In this document: in pieces, positions 11,701 to 20,692 of the stretch
Layout: each line of letters begins with the position of its first letter
Numbering within the stretch: the stretch's first letter is position 1
Source: an uncultured virus (IMG/VR IMGVR_UViG_3300038321_000417)
Lineage: Duplodnaviria; Heunggongvirae; Uroviricota; Caudoviricetes
IMG/VR virus record: IMGVR_UViG_3300038321_000417
Length of the DNA stretch: 64,000 nt
Strand: one strand, 5' to 3'
Translations under genes and position numbers: made by a program
The notes under the pieces: generated by a model
Told to the model about the DNA's origin: nothing
Database searches by the model: none
What the model saw: the letters and a program-made list of their open reading frames with translations, nothing else

Positions 11701-12823
11701 CGGGGCTTAACTCGCTAACTTCTTTTATGTTCTGCTTAAATAGCTCAACTTTATCTTCCTTTAATCTCACGTCAATTAACTTAGATAAAAGTTCGTCTAA
11801 TTCAGTAAGATATGTCACAATTGTTTCATTAGAAACCCTTGATACGTTCTGTAAAGCATCCTTAATTTTAGCTATGTTAGATACTACGCTTTGTGCTTCT
11901 GCCATATTTGTCACATGCGTGACCTCTACACCATCTATCTTTTGCACAATGTCCAAATAAATTTTAAATGTTTGACCTATCTCGTTAAAGTGTAACGACG
12001 CTATGGCTTTACTTGCACCGCCTTTTTCAAACTTATTTATTGCTGCCTTTATTATTGTTAGTACATCCCTTTGCCTGCCAGCATATTCTGTTTTTATTGT
12101 GCTTAACAACATCAACACAGTCTGTTCGTTTTCTTTAAAATATCTTGAAATTTCATCACTTGTGTCGTTAACTTCTATTTCATGTAGAGTTAATTCCCTC
12201 TCCCTTTTTTCGATAGCAGTGTGAATCTTATCAAAAAGTTTTTCAATCTTTTCATCAAATGTATACATATATTTTCTATAGTATGTTCTATCATACCACT
12301 TAGCATTTTTAGTTTCGTGCTTAGTGATTACTAAGCTTGAATCTTCTAATACCCCTGTGAATGTCTCAAACTTCCCATCACAACTGCCTAACTGTGAAAA
12401 AACAATTTCAAAGATAGAGTCATTTTCTATAGATGAGTCAACGACACTTATACACCTTAGTCTCGGAAACCTATTCATTAATTGAACCGAACCGAATCCA
12501 GTAATAATATCAATTACAGTATTAGTATTCTCACACAGATCATCAGTTATCACTATTTCTTCTATAGATGAGCAAACTTTTGGGGATGTCAAGCAATTTA
12601 AAATTTTGCGTAAATAACTAAGCCCATCCAATGAATTATCTATCTCTACCTGTTTAAAACTAAGCTTTTTATTTGTAGAACCTAAAGGTAGATGATATTG
12701 AACCCCCACAAGTGTTCCAAATATAAAAACACGCTTTATATTGTTAGGTGAATTCAAACCCTTTTCATGCCCGTCTTTTATTGCCATAACCACGTTAGAT
12801 AATTCATTAACATGTGTGCCCAT
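8774..12823 (-). CDS. Large FtsK/SpoIIIE-family ATPase with C-terminal hydrophobic anchor
   Basis: Walker A GGGNGSGKT, VDAK, Walker B FFVDE, and MARTAGCWRLYATQSP (cf. FtsK KARAAGIHLILATQRP); hydrophobic C-terminus. Confidence 0.75.
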   Translation of the reverse strand: MGTHVNELSNVVMAIKDGHEKGLNSPNNIKRVFIFGTLVGVQYHLPLGSTNKKLSFKQVEIDNSLDGLSYLRKILNCLTSPKVCSSIEEIVITDDLCENTNTVIDIITGFGSVQLMNRFPRLRCISVVDSSIENDSIFEIVFSQLGSCDGKFETFTGVLEDSSLVITKHETKNAKWYDRTYYRKYMYTFDEKIEKLFDKIHTAIEKRERELTLHEIEVNDTSDEISRYFKENEQTVLMLLSTIKTEYAGRQRDVLTIIKAAINKFEKGGASKAIASLHFNEIGQTFKIYLDIVQKIDGVEVTHVTNMAEAQSVVSNIAKIKDALQNVSRVSNETIVTYLTELDELLSKLIDVRLKEDKVELFKQNIKEVSELSPDYWIDPIKVFELVAKARGNFKVIGVEKNDEVSDRFKTYLRIFNLDGFVQASNFLTNLDKHTECLTRLNQFLQDYSNWDINIALQQHFYYVLIKEGYRVLPVSETELFIRAFSKPLKKADLDYIYDVPVKYREKLKSDINEGKSLYVNENFENDTDGYDMYSLKILYKETDVSIEYFFLLPLSGSIYAGLVGDTSQTFSNDMYTSFSKLEMMCNLRFNSIHTIHTVSSAPKNSLRIMTLKEDVMQKNFLLTDCLNKTGVFASEYLRDVDFGNLERLFVGIAPNGAVYADTRSSGSWSFTYGGGNGSGKTVATWTAIVQLIKHGCPLITVDAKNEAAQMTKSLGYMGFGNAEAMLKVYGKDNKLVEQSVPEYFMGLRFQEAYFKYYKEIALRQFSERVRTGDTIKGVDDYLKNWKDSNVLDISYTAFFVDEIESMLNDKRYEKKLLNMLCTIGSMARTAGCWRLYATQSPKAGQLGQLTTNMNHFVMGAKLSPSIVTQSLKLKYDSELYQQIDSGFETTGVELLNQKKQSQGLFAFYPSKTADPVLVKSIYFKESENEREFKDFLMRYYPEGYERGLRILNETIEGMIRSGYLQQYGYEDLYEYLIKTRYNGIEPLSGAYGFDVPYKKGSSTQSIEESELYDDFDNFEDDSLYEDMLIGLGEDFSENQSTINKNNTLERGMGEVSDCGFNAELNKEVFSGNNLPYQSASGIIAEIGTSGADQYKKAEVIPVNVSIDNTLAGKNLGKAAKYLMNNDRYYRNVFKDITERILEQIRLNFGGLERVYAIEIAEGHLCVNGSMLQINATAENVGNPLIKRHLENGTLGELFDFGCLRKLKKLNHLVLSSFEYVHKLQVDLGINKWSELFKRLPSVGYVKVGEHVIKRKQTEVTSEYKEDKATQDRSDNYIEVAAKNNKQYIPTKAGVISNFYRNNKIPKSVKVLATGGTFAATAAIGATFGGFVLPLVLVGMAIKSALRGK

Positions 12824-12887
12824 ATTCCTCTGCCACCTTTCAAAACATTAAATTAACTATAGTAATTTTAACTTATTGTTTATAACA

Positions 12888-12933
12888 ATAAAGAGCAGGT
12901 ATCCAATCCTTTGTTTGGATACCTGCTCTTTAT
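12888..12933 (-). terminator. Intrinsic terminator
   Basis: 19-bp perfect inverted repeat ATAAAGAGCAGGTATCCAA/TTGGATACCTGCTCTTTAT. Confidence 0.8.
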
Positions 12934-12952
12934 AGTGACAATCTTTACACGA

Positions 12953-13642
12953 TCATTCATTGTCTTCTACAATAATTTCTTCTCCATCAACCATGTCAAC
13001 GATTTTACTAACGTATGTGACTTCATGATTGTCTTTTGCTAGATAGTACATTCTACCATTTTTAGGAATGTAATTGTGCTGTGTTATTATGAATTGAAAA
13101 CCTAGCTTATCCTCAAATAGTTTAAGAATATCATCTACCATTTCCCAAGCATCAGTATGTAACCCATTCAACACTTCATCTAAATGTACAAATCGCCTAT
13201 ACCCTGTTATGTAAATTAAACAAATAATGTAGAATATTGAAATTATTTGTGATACCCCTGTGCCCTCTTGTGTTTTTAACGACCTAACTTTACCCTTACT
13301 GTTTATAAGTTTTAGCCTCATTTGGGGATATGTCTCATGATAAGCATCCATTTCAACCTCTATTTTTTTAAAGTCATCAGGGAACAACTTAGATAGAGTA
13401 TCGTTTATTATTGTAACAATGAAGTTCAAAGCCTTTTTCACTCTTGAATCAGCTAACTTAGTTAATAAGTTACACGCCTCAACAGTGGTGATTTGCTTTT
13501 TAATCTCGCTTTCAATCAACTTGTTAATCTCTGCAACATCTTGTAACAGAACAAGTTTGCTTTTCTCTTTCATTTCATTTTCTACAATCAACCGATCTGC
13601 TACTGTGTTTAAGCTGCCCATTTTTTCTATAAGAGCTGTCAT
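12953..13642 (-). CDS. SbcC/Rad50-like ABC ATPase, C-terminal half
   Basis: Short coiled coil, signature-like QEGTGVSQ, Walker B/D-loop FVHLDEVLNGLH, H-loop IITQHN; no Walker A. Confidence 0.8.
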   Translation of the reverse strand: MTALIEKMGSLNTVADRLIVENEMKEKSKLVLLQDVAEINKLIESEIKKQITTVEACNLLTKLADSRVKKALNFIVTIINDTLSKLFPDDFKKIEVEMDAYHETYPQMRLKLINSKGKVRSLKTQEGTGVSQIISIFYIICLIYITGYRRFVHLDEVLNGLHTDAWEMVDDILKLFEDKLGFQFIITQHNYIPKNGRMYYLAKDNHEVTYVSKIVDMVDGEEIIVEDNE

Positions 13643-13662
13643 TTTAAACCCTCTCTTTCAGT

Positions 13663-14823
13663 TTATTTACCCACAGGAATATCCGAATACCATGTCTTCG
13701 CTTCATCAGTTAGTTTAATTCTTTTAACTCCGTTAGCCTTGTACCCATACAATAAAGCATATTTTCCCTGATCCTGCAATATAGCCTTTAATAACATTTC
13801 TAAATCAACTGAAAAGCCAATATCCTCACACGATTGCTTTAATATAGGTATAGTCGAATTAAACTTTATAGGTGAATTTGTGCTTTCCTTTGTGTTTTTT
13901 ATAATTAAGTTACCATCACTCATTTCAAACCTTAATGTCTTATCAGATATCATACCCCTCCTGATTATATTTGTTAGCATTTCCATAGAAATTATAAACC
14001 CGTCTTTTCTTTCTTCTAAGTAATGATCTATGCTGAATGTTTTCATTTTAGGTAAGTTATACACTACCACATAGGTATCAAACATAACCACCATCTTATT
14101 GTCCAAACTAAATAAGAACAAGCTTGACGTTTCAGTTGCCTCTGTCAGTAACACTTTAAGATAAGACAACACCTTACTATTAAGGTTAATGTCATGCAAT
14201 TTATCAAATATATTCACATTATATGAAACTGTACTGCCGTTAACACAGTAAATATACTCTTTTGAAAAATACAAATATGCACTTGGCTGCCTTATCTCTC
14301 CCTTTGTGAGTAATGGTGTAAACACGTCAAGAATAAACTTCATATTATTAATGTCTAGTTCTTCCACATCATCTGCAACCTTATAGTCAAGTAAGTCAAA
14401 ATTCAAATACTTTAATACTCTTTGATCTGGTGTCTTAGGTAACAACCACTGTAACGCATTTTCATAGTTCTCAAAGGGTGTTTCTGGTTTACCCCTTTCA
14501 TCTGCGGTCACTTTAACAAACTTCTCTTGTTCTTCAAACTCTATGTATTCAATCGCTGTGTTTTCATTTTTTGTCGCACACACATTTACAATGTCGCTTA
14601 TTTCCAATCCCAAAGTGAATATACCATCTGTTTCTATTTCAGCAGGTACTTTTGTGTAGAAGGACATCAAATAACTGTAAGCAGCTACACTTATTTGCTG
14701 TTCCGCTTCATCTGCTTTAAACACTATTTGCTTTAAATTTATATCTATATTTGCGTCAAACGAATTCAACGCCGAATTTACTACCCTTTTTAAATCTTCT
14801 ACTCCTATTTTAAACTTAACCAT
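13663..14823 (-). CDS. DNA sliding clamp (DnaN/beta-clamp-like)
   Basis: 386 aa from the ATG after AAAGGAG; begins MVKFKIGVEDLKRVV; three-domain pattern resembling the beta clamp (e.g. IGFSVDLEMLLKAI). Confidence 0.7.
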   Translation of the reverse strand: MVKFKIGVEDLKRVVNSALNSFDANIDINLKQIVFKADEAEQQISVAAYSYLMSFYTKVPAEIETDGIFTLGLEISDIVNVCATKNENTAIEYIEFEEQEKFVKVTADERGKPETPFENYENALQWLLPKTPDQRVLKYLNFDLLDYKVADDVEELDINNMKFILDVFTPLLTKGEIRQPSAYLYFSKEYIYCVNGSTVSYNVNIFDKLHDINLNSKVLSYLKVLLTEATETSSLFLFSLDNKMVVMFDTYVVVYNLPKMKTFSIDHYLEERKDGFIISMEMLTNIIRRGMISDKTLRFEMSDGNLIIKNTKESTNSPIKFNSTIPILKQSCEDIGFSVDLEMLLKAILQDQGKYALLYGYKANGVKRIKLTDEAKTWYSDIPVGK

Positions 14824-14911
14824 GATAACGCTCCTTTGTGCTAAAAGCTTTAAATAGTGGGAAAAGGTTGTACACAAATACACACATACAACCTTTCCCT
14901 TTGATCACTTG

Positions 14912-15091
14912 TTATTCGTCTTCGCCGGCTTCATCATCGTCACTCAAAATGTCATCATCGTCGTCTTCCCCGTCTTCATCATCACTTAAAATGTCATCTT
15001 CTTCAAATTCAGCCTCTTCCTCATTTAGGAAATCAAATTCAGAGTTTTCGAGATCGATTGGTTCTTGGAATTCGTCGCCCTTTTTAGCCAC
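14912..15091 (-). CDS. Small hyper-acidic protein (59 aa), absent from the ORF track
   Basis: GTG start with AAGGAG SD; MAKKGDEFQEPIDLENSEFDFLNEEEAEFEEDDILSDDEDGEDDDDDILSDDDEAGEDE*. Confidence 0.75.
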   Translation of the reverse strand: MAKKGDEFQEPIDLENSEFDFLNEEEAEFEEDDILSDDEDGEDDDDDILSDDDEAGEDE

Positions 15092-15106
15092 TGTTAATCA
15101 ACTCCT

Positions 15107-15793
15107 TTACTTTTTAAAATTAATTTTTTCCTTTATATCGTCGAAAAGAAAATCCAGTCCATCATCTTCAAATTCTATGTCTGGATTATCCTCAACTTTG
15201 ATTTGCTTCTGTATTGAAACAGATGATCCAAGTTCTATTTCCATTTCAATAACATCATCCTCGTCTTCTTCACTGTCTATTATTTCTAAGTCATCCTCTT
15301 CTTCGCCGTCTTCGTCAACATCAATTATTATGTCAGAATCATCTTCGTCCGTTTCATCAATTTCAATATCCAATTCGTCTTCTTCTGTAACTTCAACGTC
15401 GACAATTTCTGCCTCTATTTCTTCTGTAGTTTCTTCTTCTTGCTGTACAACTTCTCCACTAGTTTTGACAGCAACCTCTACCGCTTCTATTTCCTCAACT
15501 TCTGTGGTTTCTTCTTGTTCCAATTTTTTCTCATAGTAGTCCCCGTTCTCAATTCTTGTGATTAATTCTTCCATTTTTTCAGCTTCTTTAGAGTACTTTT
15601 CGTGTACTTGCTCATACTCCTTTATGATACCCTTTTCATTTAAGTTCTTTTTGAAAGAATTGTTATAGTCTTTCAAACCAGCTTCAAGCTGTGAATCTAC
15701 TGTTTGGATTCTACCCAATAACCTTTCCCTTTTTTGGTTTATGGCGTTTGCCCGTTGGTTAAGACTTTCAATTTTTGTAATTATATCTGACAT
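15107..15793 (-). CDS. Coiled-coil protein with long acidic C-terminal tail
   Basis: Heptad-like N-terminal ~90 aa followed by an E/D-rich region. Confidence 0.7.
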   Translation of the reverse strand: MSDIITKIESLNQRANAINQKRERLLGRIQTVDSQLEAGLKDYNNSFKKNLNEKGIIKEYEQVHEKYSKEAEKMEELITRIENGDYYEKKLEQEETTEVEEIEAVEVAVKTSGEVVQQEEETTEEIEAEIVDVEVTEEDELDIEIDETDEDDSDIIIDVDEDGEEEDDLEIIDSEEDEDDVIEMEIELGSSVSIQKQIKVEDNPDIEFEDDGLDFLFDDIKEKINFKK

Positions 15794-15847
15794 ATTAAAT
15801 TACCCCTTTTCTGCAATTTTATATTTTCATACTTTATTTGTCTATTT

Positions 15848-16828
15848 CTATAGTGCGGTTTCATAATATTTCTTCGCAAGTAGCTTAACATTCTCTGTGT
15901 AACCCGGATATAGCATGATTTGATCTAAAAGTGAACCAAAAAATTTATTAGTATTGTAATCTAACAAATTGTTTATTATCTCTTTCATGCTTTCCTCAAT
16001 ATCTTTTCTATCTGCCACAAGCTTCTTTAACTCATTGTCGTCATCTATAGCTGTCAAGTTAAAAATAGACTCTTTCTCCATTAGTTCAAAAGTGAAAGCT
16101 GTCACTTCGCCTTTTTGTACTATACCTATGTTAACACTATCCCACATGTTAGCTTCATTTGCAGGTCTTGTAGGAGAACCTAAGTACATAAGCTTTATAG
16201 GCTTACCCTCATATATTTCTTTAACATAGAATGAAGTGGGGTTGTGTATATGTCCTGCAAATATAACATCAACCTTATTTAGTGGCTTTATGTCCTCAAC
16301 ATAAATATAATTTCCTTTGTAAAAACCCATGTTTATATCGTTGAAAGCAAAGTTGTTATGAGTTAAGGCTATATTGAGATATTCATCGTGTAGCTCAAAC
16401 TCTCTATCATATGCCCCGTAATCAAACCCTGTGATTCTTACTTTATCAAAAGGCACGTCAATTTGATCTAGTATTTTAATTAACCCCAAAGTCTCAAAAA
16501 ATACTAACTCTGTCATGTCTGTTGCGGAATAATCGTGATTTCCCCGTATGCTGTACAGATTACCCTCTGTAATATCATTCAATCTAAGTAACCATTTACA
16601 CACCTCAGACCTAAAAGATAAAGTCATAAACCTCTTTGCAGCTAATGCCCCCGATAAGTCACCTGAGAAATATACATAAAAAGGTTCATCTTTAGCACAG
16701 CACTTTTCCTTTATCTCTATGCAGCCAGTATACATTTCATCCATTATAGTTAAACACTCTTTTTCATAATTAACATGAGAAGCCACTTTACCGTCAAATA
16801 AATGTAAATCCCCAAAAAAGACTTGCAT
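15848..16828 (-). CDS. SbcD/Mre11-like metallophosphoesterase nuclease
   Basis: GDLH, SGD, GNHD, TH, GHIH, GSP motifs; adjacent to the Rad50 half-gene. Confidence 0.88.
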   Translation of the reverse strand: MQVFFGDLHLFDGKVASHVNYEKECLTIMDEMYTGCIEIKEKCCAKDEPFYVYFSGDLSGALAAKRFMTLSFRSEVCKWLLRLNDITEGNLYSIRGNHDYSATDMTELVFFETLGLIKILDQIDVPFDKVRITGFDYGAYDREFELHDEYLNIALTHNNFAFNDINMGFYKGNYIYVEDIKPLNKVDVIFAGHIHNPTSFYVKEIYEGKPIKLMYLGSPTRPANEANMWDSVNIGIVQKGEVTAFTFELMEKESIFNLTAIDDDNELKKLVADRKDIEESMKEIINNLLDYNTNKFFGSLLDQIMLYPGYTENVKLLAKKYYETAL

Positions 16829-16843
16829 TTTTATATCACTCCT

Positions 16844-18265
16844 TTACTCCTTAGGTAAGAACACGTTATTACAGTTAGGACATTTAATGTACCCTTTTTC
16901 TTTTACTTCTTTTGATAAGTTTTCAATAGCCTTATTTACAGTACTAAGCTGCGTATCAATGTCTACTAATTCTTTATCAATCATATCCTTGTTTTTCTTT
17001 AATGTTACTATGTTTTCGAGTTGCTTTAATTCAACATCACATTTCAATTGTTTTACGTTGGGTAGCTTTTGCAACTCTTTATATAATTTAACTTTACCAG
17101 TATATAAACCACTAATGCCGCTTATTTTTACATAAACACTCGAATCAATAGGTTTAACTTCAATTGTCTTACTTAATTCAATATTTAACTCATCTAGATT
17201 GAGTTTTAAATCCTTTAACCGCTCAATTGTCTTTAAGTTATAAGTGTCTTTAATGCCTGTTATTTGAGTCGATTTGTTTAGCTCATTCTGATACCCCTCT
17301 TTTTCTTTTGTAAGGGATTTTATCTGCATTAAACGATTAAATTGGGTAATATCAATTGCCTTAACTTGTTCTGTTCGATTTAATTGATCTTTAACCGCCT
17401 CTCTATCTTGATATAAACTTTTTAAATTGCTTATCCCTTTATACAGCCCAATATCAATAGAACCTACACTAGGTGGAAGATTTTTTTCAAGTTCATTTTT
17501 ATCCTTACACATGCTAATAAGATCATTTAAGTGTTTTAAAGCCTGTGTTCCGATGTCTAAAATACCCTTTTGCTCTTTTAAGTTGGTATCATCAAACACC
17601 CTCATTACCATAGCCCTGTCTCTTAAATCGTTACGCTTATCTCTTTGGGTGTCTATACCTTTTTCTATTTCAATTCGGTCTGTATTAGCTGTCCGAATTG
17701 CCTTTGTTAACTCCGGCAAGTCAGCTGCATTATAAAATGTCTTATAATTTGTACTTCCAGGTGTTCTTGAAAATAGTAAGCCATCTTCATCATAGCGTAT
17801 GTTCAGCTTCTGCTTTGTTTCAGGTTCAATTGCAAAATTAATAAGTTTCTGCACTACTAATGGGGGTTTGTTTCCTTCCATTACCATGTAAGCATTATCG
17901 TTTATTCGTGTGTCTAAGTCAAATCCCATACCTTTTACTGTATAGTACTGACATTTGTTATCGAACGCTCTTGTGATTTCTATGCCATTTTGAAGTCCAA
18001 CAATTATTTCTGCTTGATCCTTATCATCCTGTATGTGCGCTTTATACTCTTTTGGGTAAGCATAATAAGAAAGTACCTCTAGCCCTCTTGCCACAGCTGA
18101 TTTACCCACACTGTTATATGCAGATAAAATTATTCTGTTTCTATCTCCAAATTCTAAAGTAACATCACCTAATGATTGATAGTTTTTATAACGGATAAAC
18201 GCTATTTTAGAATCGCTTTCACTTATAAGTTTATCCATTTTCTCATTAATGTTCAATCGTTTCAC
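16844..18265 (-). CDS. SbcC/Rad50-like ATPase, N-terminal half ending at the zinc hook
   Basis: NYQS, Walker A AYNSVGKS, helical arm, terminal CPNC; no Walker B. Confidence 0.8.
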   Translation of the reverse strand: MKRLNINEKMDKLISESDSKIAFIRYKNYQSLGDVTLEFGDRNRIILSAYNSVGKSAVARGLEVLSYYAYPKEYKAHIQDDKDQAEIIVGLQNGIEITRAFDNKCQYYTVKGMGFDLDTRINDNAYMVMEGNKPPLVVQKLINFAIEPETKQKLNIRYDEDGLLFSRTPGSTNYKTFYNAADLPELTKAIRTANTDRIEIEKGIDTQRDKRNDLRDRAMVMRVFDDTNLKEQKGILDIGTQALKHLNDLISMCKDKNELEKNLPPSVGSIDIGLYKGISNLKSLYQDREAVKDQLNRTEQVKAIDITQFNRLMQIKSLTKEKEGYQNELNKSTQITGIKDTYNLKTIERLKDLKLNLDELNIELSKTIEVKPIDSSVYVKISGISGLYTGKVKLYKELQKLPNVKQLKCDVELKQLENIVTLKKNKDMIDKELVDIDTQLSTVNKAIENLSKEVKEKGYIKCPNCNNVFLPKE

Positions 18266-18320
18266 CGCCTTTATATCGTATTACATTCAAAATAAACTAC
18301 CCTTTACTATATTTGTCACT

Positions 18321-18369
18321 AAATAATGAAAGACACAGGCAATTTATCTACCTGTGTCTTTCATTATTT
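18321..18369 (-). terminator. Intrinsic terminator
   Basis: 19-bp perfect inverted repeat AAATAATGAAAGACACAGG/CCTGTGTCTTTCATTATTT. Confidence 0.8.
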
Positions 18370-18379
18370 TGTTTTACTG

Positions 18380-19366
18380 TTATTCTATATCAATGTCGTC
18401 AACATCATCCACATCAACATCATCAAATGCCTGTAGTGCTTGATCTGGTGTAGCTGTCTTTTTGCGAACAACTGTTGTATTTCCGCCAGCGATAAGTTGT
18501 AGGTTTTGCTTATATGACTGTAGTGCCCTGTCTGCTTTTGAGTCTAATTCTTCTTTAGGATACAAAGCGAAAGATGCCACAGCGTTATTGATCTTAAACT
18601 CTGTCAAAAACTCTGCAAGCTTATCCATTTCAGGTGCATACTTTTCTAATGAAGCAAATGAACTACGTACTGAAAATGACATATTCTGTCCTGCGGCACG
18701 TTTTTCCGGTTTCTTTCCTTTTGTGTCATACACATATGAAAGTATTCCAAATTGTCCACAAAGGTCTTCAATCTCAGCATTGTCAAACTGCCCTCGAATC
18801 TTTGCTGTAAAGCTATAATCTGATGTAAAATACACGTAAGGTTTGAATACGTATTTACCATCCACTTTAACAGGTTTCATCTTGTTGTCAGAAATTTCGG
18901 ATTCAATTACCACTATCGGCATAGCTAAGTAAAGATTTGGCTCTTGTACCTCACGCTCTTTTGAAACGTTGGAACGGATCTGTTTTCCTTCTTCCGAATC
19001 CATGTCAATCCCCGCCGCTTTAACTTTAGCAGCTACTTTTAATTTAAAGTAATCCCAAGCATCTGTAACCCCTGCACATAATGGGCATTCGCCGTCATAT
19101 CCGATGTCTTCATTTACAAGTCCTTGTATACAGCGTACTTTAGTTTTGCTTCTTCCCAACATAACAGTGTGCAAGTAGCCCTTTACTATGTTGAACTCAC
19201 CCATTTCATTTCTGTTGTTTGGGAAGTATACTAAATACTTCTTCATTTCCTCGTAGTCGAAGATTTCAACGTCGCTGTCAAATGATTTAACAATTTTTGT
19301 CTGAACCTGCTGCGTGTGTGTTTGTAGATTTTTGTACTGTTCTTGTTTTAAAACAATTCTTGCCAT
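18380..19366 (-). CDS. Single-stranded DNA-binding protein (gp32-like, Zn-binding)
   Basis: H...C...CPLC putative Zn site; acidic tail FDDVDVDDVDDIDIE; start MARIVL after GAGGA. Confidence 0.65.
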   Translation of the reverse strand: MARIVLKQEQYKNLQTHTQQVQTKIVKSFDSDVEIFDYEEMKKYLVYFPNNRNEMGEFNIVKGYLHTVMLGRSKTKVRCIQGLVNEDIGYDGECPLCAGVTDAWDYFKLKVAAKVKAAGIDMDSEEGKQIRSNVSKEREVQEPNLYLAMPIVVIESEISDNKMKPVKVDGKYVFKPYVYFTSDYSFTAKIRGQFDNAEIEDLCGQFGILSYVYDTKGKKPEKRAAGQNMSFSVRSSFASLEKYAPEMDKLAEFLTEFKINNAVASFALYPKEELDSKADRALQSYKQNLQLIAGGNTTVVRKKTATPDQALQAFDDVDVDDVDDIDIE

Positions 19367-19491
19367 TATCTTTTCCTCACTTTCTTCCCTTGTGGTGTTA
19401 AAGGCTTTCGCTCTCACTTTTGGGAATTTGAAATTTTATACTCCTATATTTTCTTAGTCTTTCAATTATCCTAAGTCAGTTGATTTTTATT

Positions 19492-20070
19492 TCAATCTAA
19501 ATTAATAAGTATGTTTTCTACTCTATAATAGTCCTCATTTACTTTGACATAATTCCACACACATTTTTTACAGGTGTACTGCCCGTTCCTATGTAAAGTG
19601 AATAAATAGCTATCCATGTTTAGCCTATTATCACCCTTATAGTCTAACACTATACTGTCTATAAACACTGTAAAAAATCCACCATCTGCAACTCTTTTGT
19701 CTTCAACACATAAAAATAATTTACTACAATCCCTATTTAGTACTTTTTCAATTAATTGTAGGTATATAGGATCGCAAATTTCACCCTCTGTAATCCATTT
19801 GCCGTCTTGTTTGAATGATTTTAAATACACAGGTGTCATGGCTTGTTTATACAGGTTGATCAGCTCTTTAAAGAATGATGACTGTTTTATTTTTATTGCA
19901 GATACTTTTTTCTGTTGCTTTATTTTAACAGCGTCACTATCCCTATATTGCGACTGTTTAGTAGAATTATTATCCTTTCCCACCAACTTATCAACAATAT
20001 TTACTGAATTTAATTCCTGTGTCTTTATTTTATTTTCAAGTAATGCTCGTTTTATTTTTGAATTAATCAT
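19492..20070 (-). CDS. Hypothetical protein (192 aa)
   Basis: ORF with SD GAGG. Confidence 0.65.
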   Translation of the reverse strand: MINSKIKRALLENKIKTQELNSVNIVDKLVGKDNNSTKQSQYRDSDAVKIKQQKKVSAIKIKQSSFFKELINLYKQAMTPVYLKSFKQDGKWITEGEICDPIYLQLIEKVLNRDCSKLFLCVEDKRVADGGFFTVFIDSIVLDYKGDNRLNMDSYLFTLHRNGQYTCKKCVWNYVKVNEDYYRVENILINLD

Positions 20071-20077
20071 GCCAACC

Positions 20078-20692
20078 TCACCTTAAACCTAACATTTCCC
20101 ATAATGTAATAAAATTAGTTAATAAGTAATCGCTATCTATCAATTCATCGGCTTGAGTATTAAGCAAATAATCTAAATAGTCGAGTCCTTTATACTCTAA
20201 TGCGTTGCGCAGTGCTGACTTTACCTGTAAATTTAAACCATTCCAGTAATTAACCCCAATGAACACCATATCGTGTAAATCCCGTATTTTATCTCTGCCA
20301 CTGTAAGCGTTTATTTTCTGTTGTAGTAAACTCTGTATATTGTAAACCAAAATTCCCTTTATACTCGTTGTTTCAGCACTATCAACTTTTTTAGCCCTAT
20401 AGGAAACTTCCACTTTTAAAGGTTTTGCACTCCCATAATGCACCATGTACCGCTTTACAGTTAAAGTATCTTTTGCAACCCTATAAGTATACTTACGTAA
20501 TATGCAAAACTTCTTAACTATATCTTCAATATCATATTCAACCCCATCTAAGTCAATATCTTCTGAAAACCTATTCAAGTTATAACACAACATTAAGGCT
20601 GTGCCGCCCTTTAAAACATAATAGTTACTACAAGTGTTTAACCAAACCATAAAATCACAAATAACTTTATAATGTTCGTCTTTCCAACTCAT
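20078..20692 (-). CDS. AbiEii/MenT-family nucleotidyltransferase toxin
   Basis: LKGGTALML, RFSEDIDL, KVEVS, K...R.KIRDLHD. Confidence 0.88.
   Translation of the reverse strand: MSWKDEHYKVICDFMVWLNTCSNYYVLKGGTALMLCYNLNRFSEDIDLDGVEYDIEDIVKKFCILRKYTYRVAKDTLTVKRYMVHYGSAKPLKVEVSYRAKKVDSAETTSIKGILVYNIQSLLQQKINAYSGRDKIRDLHDMVFIGVNYWNGLNLQVKSALRNALEYKGLDYLDYLLNTQADELIDSDYLLTNFITLWEMLGLR

Noticed and set aside
18646..18861. 71-aa minus-strand ORF nested in the SSB gene
   Set aside because: An alternative-frame overlap with no SD or motif.
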